A DNA stretch of 64,000 bases, taken from Azolla caroliniana. Taxonomy: Eukaryota; Plantae; Polypodiophyta. Under the pieces are notes generated by a model. The model worked only from the letters and a program-made list of their open reading frames with translations, was not told the DNA's origin and ran no database searches. The DNA lies in assembly GCA_043228905.1 (NCBI GenBank), contig JBHGNT010000017.1, positions 16,740,001 to 16,804,000 of the forward strand, given 5' to 3'. Shown piece after piece: positions 25,101 to 36,857 of this stretch. Each line of letters opens with the position of its first letter. The first letter of the stretch is position 1. A program made the translations under genes and the position numbers.

Positions 25101-28100
25101 TATTTGATGCTAACATTGATAATGCACACAGTTCAAATACTTTAAAAAGCCCAACATTATCATCCCATGCCTCTTGGAAAAGGGAATTAATCCGGAACAA
25201 AATCAACTGAAGCAAAAATAAAAAACTTACTATACATTGTGCAAATGCTGATGTGTTTTCTCAATTTAAAGTAATCTAGTCACTCAAGGTACAAGGTAGA
25301 GAGCTAAATGCCCTGACAGCCTATGAATCTCCCCTACAGCTAGAATGTTTTGCAGTCTTCATTACAACATTCTAGAGTTTAGGGTCTAGGATTTAGAGTG
25401 CCACAAACACAGCATGGTCAAATCAAGAAATTGGTGCAGAAACAGAGTGAGGAAATGGTCCCCATAGTGCATCAGGCCCAATAACTATGTTTCCATGAAC
25501 AGAGAGATAAAATGGTCTGTACAGATATGGTGATCAACAAGTATGTTTGTATGTTTTCAATCCAACCAATACATCAATATGAAAGATTCTATTGCTGTAG
25601 GAAAGCAATACTAGTTAGTTAATACTTTTGGATAGCGTGATATCTCCTAAAGTAGGCCTATATTGCGTAACTAGAACTAATACGGAAAAATATTTAGTGA
25701 AAGCTGTCATTGAACATAAACTAAAAGTCTTCTATGATAAATTTGGGTAAAAAAATGCTCTTATCAAGCAATCAATAATGAAGATTGAAAACCACAAATT
25801 ACTTCTGTCAAGCATGATTCTTTTTAATCAAAACCTAAAAGGTGGATTTTTGTTTTTCCAAAATAAGCAGTGCATTACAGGGAATTGATCAACCAATACA
25901 TGTGCAATGGGAGAAAAACAAAATGGCATACCTTACTATCAAAAAACAAAATGGCATACCTTACTATCAACCTTAAGTAAAGGTTTGTTTCCCATGTATA
26001 GAGCACCAAGCACTTGCAAAAGAGGAATTTCAAGTGGAAAATTGAAGGGTGTAATAATTGCAACCTGCAAATGCGTACCACATAAAGTCCTTGCAATTCA
26101 AAAATCAAATGCATGAGACAACATTTGATATACTTGATAAATAGATGCATACTTTCGCATTACATTTTTCTTGGCAAACAGAATATGATTAACTGAATTC
26201 CTGAACTACTTTCTTTTTTATAAAGCGGACTTCTATATTCTTGCCTTCTCTTTGATTTGTATCTTGGAAACATTGGTGGGAGACCTGTTTTTCAGAAGAT
26301 TCGAAACTGATCCCTCTTCTGGAGATTTGTATTTTGACAGACTCGAAATACAATAGGCATCCTATCAGCATTTATTTCTAGGATGCTTTTTAAGATTATA
26401 TTTATCTCTATAACCATCAATTACCTATGGTTAACTATATTCTCATATAGAACATTATGTATTTTTTCTTATTATGCTGGAAAAAGGGTTTCTATATCTG
26501 TTCAGCAGGATTTTAAGTTTGAATGGTTTTAGATATCATAATAATAGTATAAATGTAATCACCATTATAGAAAAATTCAGTTTACTCAGTGTATAGAGCA
26601 ATAGCCTAACCTTAAATGATAAATCTAGGTTCTTTCCATATCTCCTACGATTTTCAGAAAATGTTTAAAAAATTAAATAATATCGCAGTTGTCATTCTTA
26701 TTTTCACTCAATATACTCTCCGATGATTCAAAAATAAAAAAAATCTAAGTCACGATACTAATTTTCACTCCAATGCTTTTATAGTCCATTTAAAAATATA
26801 TATCTAAATCTCAGGTTCGAGCAATGCATTTAGGCACAACAGCAATTTTTCACTGCTTGATAAGATATTAATTAGAATGCTGATTTCAGAGAGATTTGTA
26901 CTTCAATTGTAACAGGAAAAAGAACATTATACTTACAGGACCATAAGGCCAGCGGTATCCATTACTCTGTTGGCCTAAATGATTGCCAGGCACAGAAAAA
27001 GACCGAGCCAGAAAACGAACCTTAGAAAAACATAAAGAAAAATATGTCATCTCAGAGCTCCGCAAGTGTCAAACATGATCATCAATATTTCAATCAACCA
27101 GGAAATCATCATTCACCATCATACCTGGTCTCCAGAAAAGTTTTCCAGGAACTTTTGTGTCACAGTAACTTCACCAATAGCCTGAGGAAAACTCTTTGGA
27201 GAAACACGTTGAATTAATCTGGCAAAGAATTTCTCGATCTGCAAATAGAGCATTCTCATATTGTGAAGGGCATAGAAGATAGAATTGTAAATTTGGTAGA
27301 AAGACTGAACTGTAATGAAAAACTAGAGGGAAATCAAGAGCTATGCCTCAGGTTGCTTCAGAGCATAAGCTGCCTTTGCAGAAACATCACCATACAAAAG
27401 ATATCTGAAAAAAATTTGAAGATCCAAATGAGACTCTCTCAGAAAAAATAAACCCCACAAATTTCATGCAAGATGTCCAGAATCTAGTTACAGCCTTTCT
27501 AATTTGCAAGTATAGCAATGGTGATAACCCATTATACGACATACAGTGGAAACATATGTCACATAAGGTTCCTGATAACCTAAGAGAGAAGATTTTCCTC
27601 TGGAGAATGATGAAGAACTCAATAAAGATACAGTATAAGGGCAGATAGACACCTCCACGTACTCGAGCGTTTCTTTAAATAGAGAGGCCTTCATGTCAAG
27701 TATAGCTATCCAATCAAAGGTTGGAAAGAAAATATTCTAGATTTCATTAGCACGACACTCCCATTATACAATGGGATTGCAATTTCTAGAAATTTCCTTA
27801 TTTTTAAAGTGATTTGGATTTCTAGGAATGTACTTATTTCTATCATTGATTGTTATGGGGTCCATTTCCCTTTCATCTTAGTTCATTGCTCACAAAAAAA
27901 AATCGAATATAAAGATTAGACTGTTGTTAAAATACTTTGTTCTTACCATATGTCAATTACAGTATGTCCATTATGACCACAAACTTCATCACTAAAAATC
28001 ATCTCTTAAAGCAAACCTTATTAGTTTTACAAACCAACTGTACTTCTAAGGTCAAACATTTACAGTATATACCTAACTCAAAAAGGGAAAATATGCTTCT

Positions 28101-31100
28101 CATATTTATGGATCATAATTTTAATTATTTTCTGTAAATAAAATGTGCTGAATGGAAGGCAGATAGCTCTGATCTAAACATATCATAGGCTGGGAAACAA
28201 AAGTGAATCCAGTACCGATTGACGATGGCCTTGATTTGGGAGCTACGGCCATGGTCCCAGCAGACAGTCTTCATCTGGCATCCAAGACTATTGTTTGATC
28301 CTCAGTGACATTTTCGGATTGTCTCAGTGGGATTGCAGATGGTGTCAAATAAACAGGCATGCAATGCCAATAAGAATGAATCCCACTCTAATTCTACCAC
28401 TTGGTTGCATAATTGAAATATCTAATTGTCCAAGGTGGTTTGTCTACATCCTGTTTCCATCTCTAACAGATGTGAACTTCTTGCATAAGATGGATGTACA
28501 TGTTAATGGTTGGGTAATAAAACCAGGGGGAAATACAAGGCCAAATTGTAAGGCCAATGCCCACAGAAGAATGTGAAATGCATTTTAATACTGTGACACC
28601 TAGTCAAGAAAATGTCAATACTTATTTCTACAGTTTAGACTTGAACTCATGTAATACTTTTGGTGGTCTCTCCATAGATCAATGATGGCAGTGAAAACTC
28701 GAACATAAACACACACAAAGCTCGGCCAGACACAACTCCCCCTAAATCATATGCATAAGCTGGAGCAGAAACTGCCATAAAACAAGTATGATCCTCAGAC
28801 ACTGAAACAAAAAAAGCATTTAATACAAAATCCCTAGAATACACTAGTCAATTTTCAAGCTCTTACCTTTCAGGATTTCTAAATGGATTATGAAGCCCAG
28901 ACTTAGGACATGACCTTAAACTCTCAATAAAAGGCTGCAAAAGGAAAACAGAGAACATCACAGGCATCAGCATAGAATTTTAAACATCTCCTATTTACAA
29001 GAAGATCACAATAGACATATATCTCATTAGATTAACTAAAAATAACAAGATCCAGAGTGTACAACCACTAGCAAGAACTGCATGACATCGAGGCAAAACA
29101 TCAGAATAGACTCAAACCCAAATTGGCGATAGTCTTTCATAAAACACCAATAAATAGAAAGAATCAAATATAATCACAGGAAACAAGACACTTGAAGTCA
29201 TTTGCAAAACTGTTTACATGTAAATACTCAGTTATTTTGGCAAACTGACTTTTGCATGTCATTACATTAACATTGTAGTAGCGTTCTTAGGCAAAATGTC
29301 CAATATTTCTCGGCATGTTTGTCTAATAAATTATTATGACATACTGTATGCTAAACTTAATTCACCTTTTCTTGTTATCTGCAGCACTTATGTCCATATC
29401 CACCTTGGTAAATTCTTTTGAAGAGTTCATACATATATTTCCATGGCTAATCTACACAAACCTTTGCATGCATACTTTTTGTCATTAAAATTAATTATCC
29501 CGTCATTAAAATATGCTCTTATATTTGGATTTCCTAAATTAACAGTGTGAGCAAACTTCATAACAGGGTTTCCTGAGATTTTGGCACTATTTCCATAGCT
29601 AATCCACATAAACCTTTTCATACATACTTTTGTCCTTGATATTAATTATCATCTTGTAAAAAAGAACGTTCTTATATTTGGATTTTGGAAATTAACTACG
29701 CAAATTAATTTATCGTATGAGATTTTTGCACTAATGATTGAAGACATTTTTTACAACAATTTCTTTCAAGCTTCAATATTTACACATTAGATATATAGAA
29801 GAACAAGTTCTGGAACACAGTATTTAGAATAGACATATGAAGAAAGTATTCACAGACCAAGTACTAATTTCATTTCGAGAACAAACTGAAGAAGGTAATG
29901 AAATGTTACTTTGGATTTTTAAAACCATGAGATTATATGGGTGTACACATGTGCATGAAATTACATGGAAACATTTGTTGAAATCTTCACACTGAAGATC
30001 GAATGGACATATCAAGAAGGTATTCACAGACCAAGTACTAATTTCAGTGCAACAACAAACATAAGAACGTATTGAAATATTCACTTTGGATCTTGACAAC
30101 CATGTGATTATATGCCTGTTAAACATACACATGAATTTCATAATGGCTTGTAGAAATCTTCACACTGAATATTGGAAACATAGTTTACGAGCTTTCTTTA
30201 ATATTTATGTATTAGAGATATCGAACAAAATGTTTTGGGATCAAATTTCCTAGAATGGACACATGAAGATGACATTTTAGTCTTCTCCTTACATAGACCA
30301 AGTACTAATTTCAATTCAAGGACAATTTGAATAAGATATCCAGTTCTCATCAATCTGAAAACCAACTACTAACTAGAAAACACTTTTAATGTAACATAAC
30401 AATGAGCGGAAATTGGGCATTTTGATTGCTTTGCATACTAGATGTATTGCATTAAGAAGCTATCTATTTGGAACTTGCTTTAGAAATCAATAAGTCTCAG
30501 ATACCTTCTCATTACGCCAGCCCTAGGTACATTGTTACTATCTAATGCATTTCAATATTCAGAACCAAGATTTGCACCTGCTCATAATTCAATTTTGATA
30601 ATTGGAACAACGTGTTCCAATAATCTTCTGTTCTTCTATCTATCTAATGCATTCCAATATTTAAACTTAGATTTTGGAATGCCTCGTATGCTCAATTTCA
30701 TTAATGAGAATATTATGAGGCAAACAAACTCAAAGCTTTCACAGCAGAATGTATATATATATATATATATAGACCATACCTTTATTTCAGAAGTGTTTGT
30801 GTCAGGAACCTTCAGAAAAGGATTTCCATTCAAAGGATCAACTATGTCTATGGATTTTGAAGCTCCTGTCCATTTTCCATGTACTGAAGAAAGAAGGGAT
30901 AGATAAGCAGTATATGAGATGAAAGCATGGTGAAAAACAGTATGCATGAAGCAGAGGAAGAATGGAAATCTTCCCCATGCAGTGAGAAAAAATTAAGGCA
31001 AACCGTACGAAGTGTTAATAACGGCCAGTCAGAAGTGCATGCATGTTACAGGAGAAAGAATGAGATCTTCCTTTACCTAGATTCAATACTTCTGCCGGTT

Positions 31101-31562
31101 GCAATCCCGAGATCTGGTCAGGATCGAGAGTTGCAAACGTGAGACTAGACGCTTCTCTTCTGGAAGCAGAAGGGAGCTGATCGAGTCTAAGAGAACATTG
31201 CGAGCTGATCTTATAGCTACGTTGAAGAAGGGAATGCAGACACTATTACCTGGAAGAGAGGAGGAACGCTGAAGCAACTGTTTCCGCTTGATATTGGCTA
31301 GGGTGATGAAGAAAAGGTGGAACGCATCTGGTAGAAAGAAGTTAAAAGCTGTGAGTTTCACCACAAGACGAAGGAAGAAGGAGCGAAGTTCAGGAAGAAG
31401 AAGAAGAAGAAGAAGACGAGGAATGAATAATGGAAGATGAGAGATAAAGGATGGAGTGAAGAGACAGTACCTGGTAGAAGGCGAGCATCTGTGCAGAAAA
31501 CCTGCAACGAGACGTCGATGATGATGATGCAGCATCATCGCCATCGCCATCGCCATCGCCAT
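4141..31562 (-). CDS. ALDH12A1: Delta-1-pyrroline-5-carboxylate dehydrogenase (P5CDH / ALDH12A1), mitochondrial; 16 coding exons, 556 aa
   Basis: Exons (minus): 31471-31562, 31077-31159, 30780-30883, 28867-28934, 27347-27404, 27125-27238, 26937-27020, 25960-26064, 24935-25048, 7175-7306, 6534-6623, 6337-6423, 5256-5465, 5077-5187, 4436-4515, 4141-4279. Total 1671 nt, with consistent phases and no stops. Motifs: TPFNFPLEIP, FTGSSRVAEKL, LEDAGFDWK (catalytic E), AYACSGQKCSAQS (catalytic C), EIFGPFQ, GIGTPEAIKLVWSCHRE. All introns are GT-AG except intron 5 (GC-AG). Confidence 0.97.
8677..12341 (+). pseudogene. Copia A gag-protease-integrase-RT (frameshifted, stops)
   Basis: CKYCKGIDHIIKNC knuckle; WYFNSGATKH protease; HSDVCGP, RSDRGGEY and QQNGVAER integrase; YKARLVAKG, LYGLKQAPR and YVDDML RT. 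Confidence 0.93.
12783..13245 (+). pseudogene. Copia B gag, 5' part
   Basis: FDGKGFELWRERM...WNTLNKKAITYIKM; continues after element C as (L)MTLPDSWETLVVSL. Confidence 0.85.
13246..18438 (+). mobile_element. Non-autonomous Ty3/gypsy (non-chromovirus) element C nested in Copia B
   Basis: 364-bp LTRs at 13246-13609 and 18075-18438, one substitution seen; TSD CTTAT; TATA-like TATATAAAA on + in the LTR; PBS-like TGGCACGCTTGGTG at 13614-13627. Gag and remnants are homologous to element D. Confidence 0.93.
13898..16560 (+). pseudogene. Element C gag-pol remnant with internal deletions (most of RT and all integrase missing)
   Basis: Gag FGLTLDGRAAFWH and CTICLNSGHSAVEC; LLGRPWL; RT start WLSPIVVVPKKNGKIRVCVD is fused directly to RNase H FHVFVDASDIAIG at ~16172. 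Confidence 0.88.
18444..22228 (+). pseudogene. Copia B gag (3' part)-protease-integrase-RT-RNase H
   Basis: CYHCGRKGHKKPDC; WIVDSGASFH; LWHKRLGH; RTDNGGEF; NGVAERYNRT; YVDDML; DADMAGD, EAEY, KHID and DNPADILTK. Frameshifts, stops and an 88-bp tandem duplication at 20659-20834. Confidence 0.93.
22538..23070 (+). pseudogene. Copia A RNase H
   Basis: ISWLSKKQPTVATSSCEAEY, TDSQSA, HARTKHIEVHYHYVRE, NIADLFTKAL. Confidence 0.9.
29427..30320. repeat. Degenerate direct repeats in P5CDH intron 3
   Basis: Repeated catacttttgtc...tcttatatttggattt (2x) and cacagaccaagtactaatttca (3x, near 29850, 30025 and 30293). Confidence 0.6.
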
Positions 31563-31709
31563 CGCACTTCCTTCCTTCCTTTCTTTCTTTCTGATCAGAA
31601 CACGATCCAATCAAATGTTCTTCGGTTGCTCGCTTCGCTCAGTCTCTCGAGAGAGGATGCACAGTTTCTGCTTCATATCCTCCTGCTCCTTCCGTCTGTC
31701 GATACATAC

Positions 31710-31768
31710 ATGGTCATGGTCATGGGGTCATGGGGTCATGGGGTCATGGTCAAAGTCATGGTCATGGG
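31710..31768. repeat. (GGTCATG)-type microsatellite in the P5CDH promoter region
   Basis: atggtcatggtcatggggtcatggggtcatggggtcatggtcaaagtcatggtcatgggg. Confidence 0.7.
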
Positions 31769-31943
31769 GCGACTTCTCTATTATGACACAAAATCATAAA
31801 GAGAGTTGGCGAGGGAATCGCGGCCACAAACGGTGCAAGTCGCTCAGAGGAATGCGCGTGCAATCTGCACCGTCAGATTTGGATAAGAAAGAACACGCGA
31901 AAAAAAAGAAGCTATTAGAGGTCGCCCAACCTAGATATTGTGG

Positions 31944-34335
31944 TGTCACAGACATGACAACGGTCATGTCAAGATTTGAACTCTTCATTGACCTCTTATA
32001 TATAATCAAGTGTTGTGTTCTAACCAACACATCCAAATATATAATCATGTTGTGTATATTTTAGTAGATTATCTATTTCAAGTTCTAGAGGGTTCTAGAA
32101 TATTCTCCCGAATATTCTAATGCGTGTACTTCGACTCACAGTATAAATACTTGTAACATCCTTGGTCCCTTTCAAGGGATGCAACGCCAATCATTGACAC
32201 ATCAATCTAGTATAATTCTCTTTTCGCCTCATCTTTGTCTCCTTGATCTTGATTTCTGTCTTCGTGCCCTCATGTCGCTCACAACATCTAGAGTTCCTAG
32301 CCTTGTCACATCTAGCTCCAAGTTCATCCGTCGCTCGTAGCCCCATCATCTGTGCTCCGTCCTAGTCCGTGCTTGGTGTGTCTGTGACAGTTTGAATCCC
32401 TTCCAACTATAAGCATCGCCCATCTTTGTCATCGCCCTTGCATCTAGAGTTAGCGTTGTCGTCGTCCTTGCTTCCAGAGTTACCGTCATCAACATCCCTT
32501 CGTTTCCTATCTTCCTCGTCATCTCTATCTCCTAGTTCCTTCTCATCGTTGTCTCTGTCTTTTAGTTTCTCCTCATCATTGTCTCGGTTTTTTAGTTTCT
32601 TCTCATCCTTCACATATCTATCTCAGTGTTACTTATCATCATCATCATCCCTATCTCTGTGTTTTTTGTCATTGTCATCCTTCTCCCTGTGTTTCCTACT
32701 GTTTTCATCTCTATCTATGTGTTTCTTATCATCATCATCCCTATTTATATGTTTCTTATCATCTTCATCCCTATCACCGTGTCTTCCATCATGCACTATA
32801 TCTCTATCTTTGTGTTTCTTTTTATCCTCAACGTCTCGAACTCTGTGTTTCTTCTCCTCTTCATCTATTTCTTTGTTTCCATCATTGCCATAGTCACATT
32901 CATTGCTTCCAAAGACACTTCCTCAACATCATGGTCTTCATTGCTTCATCTTCGACATCATCATCCTCAGCACCTCTTGGTGTCGTCATCAACACTACTT
33001 TGCCTAGCCTTTCATCGACGTCAAGTGTTATAGTTCCCGGTGAGGATTGCACATGATCGCTCACGTTTGTGTCTCCGGTGTAAAGAATCAAGAGATGGAT
33101 TCTTGTGAAGCGGAAGAGATATGAGTTATGTGTGTGTATGAGAGAGAGTGTGTGTGTGTGAGAGAGACAAGGAATAAGACAGCGAATACGCAAGGTAAGA
33201 GTGTATTAACAAAGGAGAAAGACTCAACCCAATACAAGGTGGGAGGAGGGTGCTTTATATAGTTACCCTCTCTCTTCATTAACTACAAGACTCATGGAGC
33301 ATGGGGAATGTGAAAGCTCATAAGTTATGTGTCATTGAATATGATTCTATGACTCATACTAAATGCTAGAATACAAAGTGGTGACATAGTGGTGACTCTT
33401 GACCGTTGGAGTGTCTATTCACTCTCAAGGTGAGTTCACACACTAGATCAGGTTGAGCTTGATTCTCAACAGACCACACATGGTCACTCACGCTTGTTGG
33501 TATTCGCGTCTCCGGTGAGGACCGTACATGGTCTCTCACACCCGTTGGTGTTCGTGTCTTCGGTGAGGACCGTACATGGTCTCTCACACCCGTTGGTGTT
33601 CGTGTCTCCAGTGAGGACCATACATGGTCGCTCACGTTGGTGTTCCAGTCTCTGGTGAGGACCGAACGTGGTTGCTCACACTCATGTTGGTGTTCCAGTA
33701 TCCGGTGAGGACCACACATGGTCGCTCCCATTCACCTGTGCTCCTATTTCTGGTGAGGACTGCTCATGGTCACTCACTCCTCAACATACTTTGGTTTTCT
33801 CTTTCAACTCACCCCTACACCATGCTTTCGAAAAGGCGTTCGTAAAGGGGAGGATAATGTCACAGACATGACAACAGTCATGTCAAGATTTGAACTCTTG
33901 ACCTCTTATATATAATCAAGTGTTGTGTTCTAACCAACACGTCCAAATATATGGTCATGTTATGTATATTTTAGTAGATTATTAGTAGATTATCTATTTC
34001 AAGTTCTAGGAGTTTTTAGAAAGTTCTAGAGCTAGAAGGCTCTAGAATATGCTCTCGAATATTCTAATGCATGTAATTCGACTCACAGTATAAATACTTG
34101 TAACATCCTTGGTTCCTTTCAAGGGATTCAACGTCAATCATTGACACATCAATCTAGTATAATTCTCGTTTCGCCTCATCTTTGTCTCCTTGATCTTGAT
34201 TTTTGTCTTCATGCCCTCATATCACTCACAACATCTAGAGTTCCTAGCCTCGTCACATCTAGCTCCAAGGTCATCCGTCGCTCGTAGCCCCATCATCTGT
34301 GCTCCATTCTAGTCCGCGCTTGGTGTGTCATGACA
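31944..34335 (+). mobile_element. Non-coding LTR element I (TRIM/LARD-like), putative self-priming
   Basis: LTRs at 31944-32389 and 33858-34335 (TG...CA); TSD TGTGG; PPT AAAGGGGAGGATAA. No tRNA PBS: TTGAATCCCTT (32392-32402) is complementary to LTR AAGGGATTCAA. The 1.5-kb interior has only simple and tandem repeats. Confidence 0.9.
33480..33780. repeat. ~45-bp tandem repeats (GGTGAGGACC core) inside element I
   Basis: About six copies of ggtgaggacc(gt)acatggtc(t/g)ctcac...gttggtgttc. Confidence 0.8.
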
Positions 34336-34498
34336 TGTGGTTGCCCAACCTAACTAGAGTGGTCGCCCAACCTGTTTAACATGTGTGGTCTCCCAACCGG
34401 TTTAATGTAGTCGCCCAACCTACCTAAAGAAGACGCCCATCGAGCAAGATCTAAATAATAAGTCAGGATCTAGATTCAACAAGGAGTTCATTATGCAT

Positions 34499-35110
34499 GC
34501 AGTATTAGGATATAAGTTTAGAGACAAGGGGGCACCGCATGACTGTTTGACTGATGTAATAATTCCAATGCGCATTGTACTGCATGTATTGGAGCACCGA
34601 CTCAAAGGCCTTATTGTTATTCAAGAGACTGAGGTATGGTTTAAAATAACAACTCATTTATACAAAATGCTATAGCATTTTTAATATCATTCTAATTGGT
34701 CCCAATCAATCACTTTGACAGTTAGATAAAGAGAAACTATGCAAGCTTTATTTCCATAGAATTCCACAAGGAGTGTCTGTGGAGGACTTGAAAAAGGTTA
34801 TTCCAAAGAAGTATACATTTGATATTGAGGTTAGAACACTTAGGTTTGCATCAATCTAACCGTGGTGTCTGTACATGACTAATATAATAAATAGTCTTGA
34901 ATGACATGCAATATCTTGGCCCAAAACAAAGTTTGGCAATACAAATGTGATTTTCAAATCTAGTGATAATGCAAACAAGGCATTTGACATGTTGAAAGGA
35001 CCCCTTGGACAAGTAAGGGCTACAATGCAGGCATGTTGTGACTATTTTTCATGATTAACTAAAGAAGACTTTATTTATACCATGCAGGATTCGTATGGTA
35101 GACCGCAAAC
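34499..35110 (+). pseudogene. Intron-containing fragment of an SDN-like (small RNA degrading nuclease, DEDDh exonuclease) gene
   Basis: Exon-like blocks 34499-34633 (AVLGYKFRDKGAPHDCLTDVIIPMRIV), 34722-34829 (LDKEKLCKLYFHRIPQGVSVEDLKKVIP), ~34911-35012 (VIFKSSDNANKAFDMLKG) and 35088-~35110 (DSYGRPQ), with GT donors. These are collinear with the SDN ExoIII HxxxxD motif and C-terminal RRM-like domain as recalled from plant SDN proteins. Confidence 0.7.
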
Positions 35111-35596
35111 CCAACCTACCATTTTAAGTTTGGTCGCCCAATTGATTTGATTGTGGTCGCCCAACCGACGACTATAAAAGCCTGAAACCTATCATTATCT
35201 CTCTCTTTTTCAAACGAGATTGACAGGTGTTTTTTGCCGGGAAAGAAAAGTATCTTCAGGTGGCTTGCAATCAACATATGTGGCAATTAATCTCATCCCC
35301 TACTATTCCTAGGTATGTACTAAACCTTATAACATCACATTTTCTGATTTTTTTTTCATGTGTAGGAATAGTTAAGGGATTAGGGTGTGGAATAGTTGAG
35401 GGATTTTTTTTCATGTTGAGGGATTAGGGTTTGGGAGAAGGTTTTGGTTGACATTATGATTTTAATGTGATAGTATGACTTGATTTTAGAATGATAGGGA
35501 CAATGTTTAGGGTTTAGACTTGAAGATATGATTGTATAAACTGTTTAGGGTTTAGGAGTGAAGAGGTTTAGGGTTTAGATTGAGCCAATACATGCC

Positions 35597-36232
35597 ATGG
35601 CAACATTCGATGAAAATGATCCTCCAAATGGTATGTGGATTTGGTGTGGTTGTAATATGTCAATCTTTATGCCAATCTTTATGTCAATCTTAAATATGCA
35701 ACACATACAGAAACAACAAATGCTCCTAGCCCAGACTCGTTGTATAAGGTTGGAAGAGATGCAAATGGGAATAAGGCCCGTTTGTGTGTCTATACTGAGT
35801 ATTGCCGCCTCTCGCCAAGGTGGTATCGCAAAAAATTTGACATGGAATCACATTTACGCAGGGAACATGGAATTGACATAGTCCTACCACGAGGGATGCA
35901 TATAGAGGAGGGTACTCCAGGGGCATGCTTTAATAGCTATGAGCATTAGAGATCACTTAGAAGATTCATGGACCCCCGAAATCAAGTACCATAGAAATCG
36001 GCAATCATACATCCAGAAGTTGAAGGTTAGCGTTGTTTCGAGGTACAACTCTATTCCCGCTGAACTCAATCTTGACACAGAGGTAGAGTTTGTGGCGCGA
36101 TTTATGGACCACGAGATGGCCATATACAAATCCAAAAAGGATAAGTGTTTGGAGATGTTGAAGAAGAAGATTGCATCCGGGTTGGATTCTTATGTAAGTA
36201 TGAGCGAGGATTACATTTCCAGATGTTGGTAG
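35597..36232 (+). pseudogene. Unknown spliced ORF with a C2H2-like zinc finger (probable MULE accessory gene), disrupted
   Basis: ATG at 35597; GT-AG intron 35631-35710 joins in frame to ...LCVYTEYCRLSPRWYRKKFDMESHLRREH...; frameshift near 35940; TTTAGGG boxes upstream (35425-35578). Confidence 0.5.
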
Positions 36233-36588
36233 AGGAGTTCTTACGAGGATGGATATCTCCGACTTTTGTAAGTGTAATTGCAATGCCTTATTCATGTGGA
36301 TTGTGTATAGATGTGTTCTCATACATATTTGGTGATAGGGCACAAAGATGTGGTTCACCAAATGCGAAGTGGATTCACTTCAGATTCATGTGGACGAGTG
36401 GGCACGACGGGTACTAGGATTTGCACATGCAATTGGTGGCCCCATATTGTAAATTTTGTGTCTGTTGTTTTCAACACAGATTTTGTTATAGAGCTAATGT
36501 TGTAACTATATTTTGGAATGCACACAAATTTTGTATAGCGAGTACTTATTAATGGAAAAGTTGTTCACAACAAGTGTTTATCTCAAGT

Positions 36589-36765
36589 GATTTGTTGTTT
36601 TAAACCAATCTCAAGTTGTGATCTCAAGTTGATTTGTTGTTTTAAACCAATCTCAAATTGTGATCTAAAGTTGATTTGCTATTTAAAACCAATCTCAAGT
36701 TGTGACCTAAAGTTGATTTGCTATTTTAAACCAATCTCAAGTTGTGATCTCAAGTTGATTTGCTG
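36589..36765. repeat. 42-bp tandem repeat, ~4 copies
   Basis: gatttgytrttttaaaccaatctcaagttgtgatctcaagtt units starting at 36589, 36631 and onward. Confidence 0.85.
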
Positions 36766-36857
36766 ATTTAATGCGTATGGTGTATTTTCTTTGAATTGTG
36801 TCTGCTGATTCAAAAAAGTTGTTTTCAAAGATATCCACGTTCTAATCTCAAGTGTTT

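Noticed and set aside
31770-31943. Left terminal inverted repeat of the MULE-like element
   Set aside because: The right end is outside the window or disrupted, so neither TIR nor TSD can be verified.
32407-33033. ORFs inside element I (S/F-rich, I/F-rich, D/K-rich)
   Set aside because: Products of degenerate ~30-bp TCATC-rich repeats; no domain evidence.
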